A stretch of 64,000 nucleotides of DNA from Cirrosporium novae-zelandiae (taxonomy: Eukaryota): the NCBI GenBank assembly GCA_026023565.1, contig JAPETS010000023.1:1-64000 (forward strand), in the 5' to 3' direction. Positions 63,711 through 64,000 of the stretch are shown here, piece after piece; the first letter of the stretch is position 1; each line of letters opens with the position of its first letter. The translations under genes were made by a program, and so were the position numbers. Under the pieces are notes generated by a model that was given only the letters and a program-made list of their open reading frames with translations, was not told where the DNA came from and did not search any database.

Positions 63711-64000
63711 CTTCACTCCAATTAACAGAAACAAAGCCAAAAGTGTAGACAAAAGGAGAGGACTGAAGGGAAATGATGAAGAGAGCGATTGGGGAAGAAA
63801 AATAAACATGAGAGCAGAAGAATAGAAATTTATTGTAGTAATTGCCTGAGTATGTCTAGATATGTTTGTCTGAGGAAGTCACATATCAAGCTCACTACAG
63901 AGAAGAAGCAGTTTTGACTAATGGCAGTTTCCACGAAATGGCAATTGAACATTTTTTCCATCTTACTTCTAATGTGTTCTATCTGCTAGTAAACCACAAT

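Noticed and set aside
1..64000. Transposons, tRNA/rRNA genes, CRISPR arrays
   Set aside because: No transposase or RT motifs, terminal repeats, cloverleaf patterns or repeat-spacer arrays recognised by eye; a tRNAscan/Infernal run would be needed to exclude small RNAs

Overview
Intron-containing filamentous ascomycete (Pezizomycotina-type) genomic DNA, starting with a poly-G run that looks like a contig-end artefact. About 23 protein-coding genes can be supported. The left flank (0.9-8.8 kb) holds housekeeping genes: an apparently N-terminally shortened APC2, KAR9 and a conserved CH-like protein. The right flank (36-64 kb) holds acylphosphatase, alternative oxidase, an AIF/AMID-like oxidoreductase, a Cys/His zinc-finger protein, a long coiled-coil protein, RRD1/PTPA, a GIT1-like permease and two hypothetical proteins. 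The main feature is a contiguous ~26 kb block (9.7-35.7 kb) of 11 genes with no PKS/NRPS/terpene backbone enzyme. It encodes a hybrid C2H2 + Zn2Cys6 regulator, cupin, small orphan, catalytically degenerate ALDH-like protein, Baeyer-Villiger monooxygenase, FAD hydroxylase fused to an acetoacetate-decarboxylase-like domain, CocE/NonD hydrolase, SDR, covalent-FAD oxidase, MFS transporter and LigB/DODA-type ring-opening dioxygenase. It reads as a self-regulated catabolic/detoxification cluster for an aromatic ester, amide or alkaloid of unknown identity; two enzymes end in the peroxisomal signal -AKL and one in -SSL. Exon boundaries were derived by hand from GT..AG and branch-site motifs. No database searches were run. 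No rRNA, tRNA, CRISPR or transposon could be supported.
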